From: an uncultured candidate division Zixibacteria bacterium
GTDB taxonomy: Bacteria > Zixibacteria > MSB-5A5 > GN15 > FEB-12
NCBI GenBank assembly: GCA_963664195.1
Contig: OY760907.1
Span: 1,504,001 to 1,568,000, forward strand
Direction: 5' to 3'
DNA: 64,000 nucleotides
This document shows, in pieces, positions 59,075 to 64,000 of the stretch. The notes below the pieces were generated by a model, which saw only the letters and a list, made by a program, of their open reading frames with translations, was not told the origin of the DNA and ran no database searches. Both the position numbers and the translations under genes were made by a program. Each line of letters opens with the position of its first letter. Position 1 is the stretch's first letter.

Positions 59075-60056
59075 ATCCTCCTGTGACGAGACTTCCGCGG
59101 CAGTCGTGAAAGACGGCCGTGAGATCCTGTCGAATGTCATCCTCTCTCAAACCGTGCATACCAGATTCGGGGGGGTGATTCCCGAGGTCGCCAGCCGTGA
59201 GCATCTCAAGGCGATCGTGCCGATCTATGAGGCCGCGCTGGAAGAAGCCGGTGTGACACTTGATGACATCGACCTTATCGCGGCAACTCAGGGACCGGGA
59301 TTGGTAGGGCCACTTCTGGTCGGTTTGACTTTTGCCAAGGGACTGGCCTACGCCAAAAAGATACCGTTTGCGCCGGTGAACCACATGGAAGGGCACCTGA
59401 CCGCGAACATTCTTGAACATCCCGATCTGGACTCTCATCACCTGACTCTGATCGTCTCGGGCGGGCACACGATGCTCGTCGAGGTGAAATCATTCGGTGA
59501 ATACGAACTGCTGGGGCAGACCCGCGACGATGCTGCCGGGGAGGCGTTTGACAAAGTAGCCAAACTGATGGGGTTGGGATATCCGGGCGGTGCGGCGCTG
59601 AATGAACTGGCCTCGAAGGGCAATCCGAAGTTCTTTCGGTTTCCACGGGCGGTGATGAGACAGGATTATCAATTCTCGTATTCTGGCCTTAAGACGGCCG
59701 TGGCGCTCTATCTGCAGAAGCAGACGCCGGAGGAATCAGAGGAGCACATGGCGGATATCGCAGCCTCGTTCCAGGAGGCCGTGATTGATGTCCTGGTGAA
59801 AAAAACGGTCAAGGCGGCGCGGGCGTCAGGTATTCGGGATGTCACAATATCAGGTGGGGTAGCAGCCAACAGCCGCCTTCGCGAGGTGATGACTTCCGAG
59901 CTGCAGAAGCATCGCAAGCGACTGTTTTATCCTTCGACGGAGCTTTGTACGGACAATGCCGCGATGATTGCCGCGGCGGGGTTCTATCGTTATGAGTTAC
60001 ACGGTCCTGGGGAGTTGATTGCGAACGCGATTCCGTACCTGCCGCTGATCTCGTAG
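59055..60056 (+). CDS. tsaD: tRNA N6-threonylcarbamoyltransferase subunit TsaD
   Basis: LGIESSCDET, HMEGH, VSGGHT, DDAAGEAFDK, CTDNAAMI. Confidence 0.97.
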   Translation: MLTLGIESSCDETSAAVVKDGREILSNVILSQTVHTRFGGVIPEVASREHLKAIVPIYEAALEEAGVTLDDIDLIAATQGPGLVGPLLVGLTFAKGLAYAKKIPFAPVNHMEGHLTANILEHPDLDSHHLTLIVSGGHTMLVEVKSFGEYELLGQTRDDAAGEAFDKVAKLMGLGYPGGAALNELASKGNPKFFRFPRAVMRQDYQFSYSGLKTAVALYLQKQTPEESEEHMADIAASFQEAVIDVLVKKTVKAARASGIRDVTISGGVAANSRLREVMTSELQKHRKRLFYPSTELCTDNAAMIAAAGFYRYELHGPGELIANAIPYLPLIS

Positions 60057-60073
60057 TGCCGCCCGCATGTTGA

Positions 60074-60484
60074 TCACTCCTCCGGAAATCCGGTTTCTTT
60101 GCGGATGGCGGCGTAGTCGGGAAGCTGATGCCAGTCGTGGAACCAGGCGCTGTTGATCATCTCGTCGATCTGTTCAAAAATCTCGACACTTAGATTCGCG
60201 AACTCAAGTCCGGCGCCGAATGAGCCTGACAGCAGCGTACCGGTGCATTCGTTGCACCAGCGACAGACGGCGTCGAATTCGATTTCCTTCCGCTTTTCCA
60301 GAAATTTGGCCGGCACGAGTTTCAGGTGATAGGTCTGGTTCTGAACGAACTCACGTTCACCGTGGAGCCGCACGCCCCGATTAGTCATATCGATAACGTT
60401 ACCCATGAATTTGCCGTTACCTCGGTCGTAAACTTCGAGATAGTTGACCGGGCGTTTTCTGCTTTGTCTTCTGCCGTCGGACAT
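60074..60484 (-). CDS. PilZ-domain protein
   Basis: RRxxR and DMT..G motifs; RWC, GLEF. Confidence 0.8.
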   Translation of the reverse strand: MSDGRRQSRKRPVNYLEVYDRGNGKFMGNVIDMTNRGVRLHGEREFVQNQTYHLKLVPAKFLEKRKEIEFDAVCRWCNECTGTLLSGSFGAGLEFANLSVEIFEQIDEMINSAWFHDWHQLPDYAAIRKETGFPEE

Positions 60485-60694
60485 GATTCAAACTCCGTAG
60501 CTTGGCTTGATTGTGGAGCAACGGTATATCTGCGCCGCTACAGGAGTTATCGGCATATTCGGGGGAAGTTTAGAGTGGGGAAGTTATCGGGCGAGTGATC
60601 CAAAACTTGTTGATTCGCTGCGCCGGCCCCGCTACCCTATTCTGGTATTCCTATCTAACGCAACAGGTCCCTGATCGGGACGAAGGGGAGAGAC

Positions 60695-61231
60695 ATGACA
60701 GAAGACACAAATCAACCGGTACCCGAGCCGACCGCCACGCCGGTGATCGACCAGATGAAGCTGCAGATGTATATGCAGGAGGTGCGGGATAACCAGAACC
60801 TGAGCATGGCACTTCTCGGCGGTGCTGCTGCGGCCGTGATCGGTGCGAGTCTCTGGGCGCTTATTACCAGTGTCACCGGTTGGCAGATCGGGTTTATGGC
60901 GGTCGGCGTGGGAATCCTTGTCGGTTACGTCGTTCAGAAGGCGGGGAAGGGGGTCGACATGAGTTTTGGCCTTGTCGGAGCGGTCATGTCGTTGCTCGGG
61001 TGCCTGGGCGGAAATCTTCTGGTGGTCTGCGTACAACTGGCCGATCAGGAGGGGATCGGAGTGTTCGAAACGGTCTCGGGACTTGACCTTGATCTCGCGA
61101 TTGAGTTGATGACGGTCACGTTTAGCCCGATGGATTTGGTGTTCTACGGAATAGCGGTTTACGAAGGCTACAGATTCTCGATCCGCCAGTTGACCGAGGA
61201 AGAGTTGGCGAAAGTAACGAGGGTGGGGTAA
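60695..61231 (+). CDS. hypothetical membrane protein
   Basis: GGAG RBS; several Gly-rich TM helices. Confidence 0.75.
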   Translation: MTEDTNQPVPEPTATPVIDQMKLQMYMQEVRDNQNLSMALLGGAAAAVIGASLWALITSVTGWQIGFMAVGVGILVGYVVQKAGKGVDMSFGLVGAVMSLLGCLGGNLLVVCVQLADQEGIGVFETVSGLDLDLAIELMTVTFSPMDLVFYGIAVYEGYRFSIRQLTEEELAKVTRVG

Positions 61232-61249
61232 GGGGTGCCAAAAACACAA

Positions 61250-61338
61250 GGGCGGGTCCGTCTTGAACCCACCTAATTCAGAATCGAATCCCTTCGGGTT
61301 CGATCCTTCCGGCAGGTCTGTCTTCAGACCTGCCCTAC
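61250..61338. repeat. inverted pair of GTAG-family REP hairpins (REPIN-like)
   Basis: GGGCGGGTCCGTCTTGAACCCACC and GGCAGGTCTGTCTTCAGACCTGCC-CTAC; related to 29131-29158 and 22858-22884. Confidence 0.7.
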
Positions 61339-61362
61339 AAGAAGACCAGTGTGTTTTTCTAA

Positions 61363-62421
61363 CTACGCTTCCGGGTCCGTTTCCTCGGCAGGAGTTTCGG
61401 CAGACTCGGGAGCGTCTGCCAGGCCAAGCTCAATCTGAACCTTGCCCATGATTTCGTCGTAGATTTCTCGGTTTTCCTTAAGGAACCGTCGGGCGTTCTC
61501 GCGACCCTGTCCGAGACGGTTACCTCCGTAGGAGAACCATGAACCGGATTTCTCGATGATATTGGCCTCAACTGCCATGTCGATCAGCTCGCCTGTGGCA
61601 GAGACACCTTCGCCGTAGATGATGTCGAATTCAGCCTCACGGAACGGCGGTGCGACTTTGTTTTTCACCACGCGTACGCGGGTCCGGTTGCCTATTACTT
61701 CCTGGTTGTCCTTAATAGCCGCGATACGACGGATATCAAGCCGGACCGAGGTGTAGAATTTCAGGGCGTTGCCGCCGGTGGTGGTTTCAGGATTGCCGAA
61801 CATAACGCCGATTTTCATTCTGATCTGGTTGATGAAGATAATCGCTGTGTTCGATTTGGCCGTGATAGCGGTCAGTTTGCGGAGTGCCTGCGACATCAAA
61901 CGTGCCTGCAGGCCCATGTGGGAGTCACCCATTTCACCTTCGATCTCGGACTTGGGCGTCAGTGCCGCAACCGAGTCCACCACAACGATATCGACCGCAC
62001 CGGAGCGGACAAGCGTTTCGGTGATCTCAAGCGCCTGTTCGCCGCTGTCGGGCTGAGATATGATCAGGTTCTCGATGTCGACACCCAGCGCTTTGGCGTA
62101 GGTGGCGTCGAGGGCGTGCTCGGCATCGATAAAGGCAGCTATTCCGCCCAGTTTCTGAGCCTCTGCGATTATGTGCAGGGTCATGGTGGTTTTGCCGGAA
62201 GCCTCAGGGCCGAAAATCTCAGTCACACGGCCGCGCGGGATTCCGCCGACGCCGAGGGCGTGATTCAGCCCGAGCGAGCCGGTGGGAATGGTCTCGACCT
62301 CAAGCACCTGACCGTCGCCAAGGCGCATAATCGAGCCTTTACCAAATGACCGTTCTATCTGGGTGATGGCCGCATCGAGCGCTTTGGTGCGGTCGGCGAC
62401 AGAAGTCGTGGAGGAAGCCAT
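61363..62421 (-). CDS. recA: recombinase RecA
   Basis: [37 protein letters not shown]. Confidence 0.98.
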   Translation of the reverse strand: MASSTTSVADRTKALDAAITQIERSFGKGSIMRLGDGQVLEVETIPTGSLGLNHALGVGGIPRGRVTEIFGPEASGKTTMTLHIIAEAQKLGGIAAFIDAEHALDATYAKALGVDIENLIISQPDSGEQALEITETLVRSGAVDIVVVDSVAALTPKSEIEGEMGDSHMGLQARLMSQALRKLTAITAKSNTAIIFINQIRMKIGVMFGNPETTTGGNALKFYTSVRLDIRRIAAIKDNQEVIGNRTRVRVVKNKVAPPFREAEFDIIYGEGVSATGELIDMAVEANIIEKSGSWFSYGGNRLGQGRENARRFLKENREIYDEIMGKVQIELGLADAPESAETPAEETDPEA

Positions 62422-62662
62422 GTTAGACTTGCCTTTCTTTATGCTCATCTTTTTTCGTTCCATCTCACCAAGGTATACAAAGGTTGAACCTCAGTATATC
62501 ACATTTTGACTGCTCTCAAAATAACAATCTTGACTGACAGGGAGTGTCAGGGAAAAGTGCATCGATGCTCTGTTGAAACTTGACCGGCAAGGCTCCCGGT
62601 TAGAATATGCAAGCGACGATAACTGACATCGCTCGAAGAAGTATTTTGCCGGGAGGCCGAAA

Positions 62663-63304
62663 ATGAACCACTTCAAGCTGCGCATCCGATCCTTGCTCAC
62701 CCTCGCGCTCGTCCTTGTCATCTCTCTGTCCGGTTGTGGCTGGAAGCCCAGGATGCTCCATCCGTATACGTACTCCACCGGCAAAGTTCTCGACAAGGGC
62801 AAGACCGAGGTGTCTGTCTACGCGCCGTACGGTGCCGGCGGCAGTGTTGCCCATGGAATAGCCCCCGGTCTGGAAGTACGTCTCGCAGGCGGAGTGGAAG
62901 GGGACGATATCTATGGCGGGCAGATTTCATTTATCAAGTCGCTCACACGTCGAGAGACAGTGTTTTCCAGCGCCTCAATCGGATACGACCTCTACAGCGC
63001 CGACGAGCACGACTTCTCCGGATACCGATTCATTCTCGGATACACGATGTCATTGTACAGTCGCGGAGGCGGAGTCAGCTTGCATCTGCCGCTCAAGCTG
63101 TCTTATGTAGATTATGATTGGCCTGACGGCGCTCCGAATCATCTTACTTCGGGGGCAGGGGTTGTGTTTGTGCCGGGTATTGGAGTAAGCGCGCAGAGCG
63201 ATCACGTGGCACTACGCATTGCGTTCAATGCACCGACGCGCAGGTATATCGAAGACATGGAATTATATCCGGCGGGCGGTTTTCAGATAGCCTTGAAGTT
63301 CTGA
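62663..63304 (+). CDS. hypothetical outer-membrane lipoprotein
   Basis: GGAGG RBS; lipobox LSGC; beta-rich; C-terminal Phe. Confidence 0.75.
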   Translation: MNHFKLRIRSLLTLALVLVISLSGCGWKPRMLHPYTYSTGKVLDKGKTEVSVYAPYGAGGSVAHGIAPGLEVRLAGGVEGDDIYGGQISFIKSLTRRETVFSSASIGYDLYSADEHDFSGYRFILGYTMSLYSRGGGVSLHLPLKLSYVDYDWPDGAPNHLTSGAGVVFVPGIGVSAQSDHVALRIAFNAPTRRYIEDMELYPAGGFQIALKF

Positions 63305-63306
63305 TC

Positions 63307-63885
63307 TCAACCTTCGAATCGTTCGGAACCGAGCATTGATTCGTGCAGGCGGTCGTAGATGGCCCCCTGCGGGGTGAGAGTCGATTTGAATAGGACCAGT
63401 CGGTCCAGTCTCAGCGGAATAGGATCAAACCTGTAGGATTCAAAGAGAGACGCCAGCCCCTCCACACGGCGGCCTTGCCGCACACGTCCGAGAGTGAGGT
63501 GAGGTTTGAACGGACGCTTTTCTCTTTCAAAGCGCAGCTTGTGCATGGCGATATCTACGTCTCCAGCGATCCTTGCGGCTGTATCTAGGGGCCTGTGGCC
63601 CCCGGCCCAGATGACACGTGGACGGTTCAGATTCGGGAAGGCACCAATGCTGTCAATTGTCGATGACATTGACTGATACTTGCCCGCTATCTGATCCGTG
63701 GCAGCGATGATAGAAGGCACGAGTGCCTCGTCGGTGTCGCCGAGGAACTTGACGGTGAGATGGATGTTCTTTGATGCCACCCATTTGACATCGCGGGTTT
63801 GTTTGCTGAGGTCGGCGATGATGTCGCCGAGTTTGGACTCAACCGCATTCGTCAGCGGCAGAGCTATGAAGAGGCGGAGTTTCAT
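63307..63885 (-). CDS. thpR: RNA 2',3'-cyclic phosphodiesterase
   Basis: RLFIAL, HLTVKFLG and PHLTLGR (two HxT motifs). Confidence 0.93.
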   Translation of the reverse strand: MKLRLFIALPLTNAVESKLGDIIADLSKQTRDVKWVASKNIHLTVKFLGDTDEALVPSIIAATDQIAGKYQSMSSTIDSIGAFPNLNRPRVIWAGGHRPLDTAARIAGDVDIAMHKLRFEREKRPFKPHLTLGRVRQGRRVEGLASLFESYRFDPIPLRLDRLVLFKSTLTPQGAIYDRLHESMLGSERFEG

Positions 63886-64000
63886 CAGATATCCAGAATC
63901 TCTCGCCTCAGAATCTCAAGCGCTGCAAACACTGCCCGCTGACGGTTGATATCGCGATCGTTTCCCAGATTGAACTCCCGCGCAAACGTGTTGTGGGCCG
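63885..64000 (-). CDS. cinA: CinA/PncC competence-damage protein, 3' end (truncated by window)
   Basis: ...FNLGNDRDINRQRAVFAALEILRREILDI*; TGATG overlap with thpR; canonical cinA-thpR-recA order. Confidence 0.8.
   Translation of the reverse strand, partial: AHNTFAREFNLGNDRDINRQRAVFAALEILRREILDI

Overview
Bacterial chromosomal window, about 55% GC by eye. The C-terminal 'QNYPNPFNP' sorting domains and overall gene content suggest a Zixibacteria/FCB-type organism, but this is inference. Housekeeping genes (corA, tdh-kbl, fumC, eno, a Mn/Zn ABC operon with DtxR repressor, nfi-like, tsaD, recA, thpR, cinA) alternate with single accessory genes. Many intergenic gaps carry REP-like hairpins of at least three families. 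The left end is a small accessory patch: the 3' end of a RAYT transposase with a 157-bp tandem duplication, and a nuclease-like gene hit by an intact IS256 with an 8-bp target duplication. The most striking locus is 18651-21850. A sigma70 promoter drives a small signal-peptide protein that is translationally coupled to a TPR-repeat sigma54 enhancer-binding protein. A terminator follows, then a complete sigma54 promoter (palindromic UAS, IHF-like site, TGGCAC-N5-TTGC) firing into a ~100-nt ATG-free, terminator-closed transcript with an anti-RBS seed. This looks like a peptide-sensing, sigma54-driven sRNA circuit: an RRNPP-like receptor with a LuxO/Qrr-like output. Other notable items are a NifS-SelD fusion, a secreted LIM/DA1-like protease, a SLOG + AbiGi-like fusion, an EndoV with altered catalytic residues, an orphan BMC shell protein and an unannotated 52-aa membrane protein. 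All family calls come from motif recognition by eye; no searches were run.
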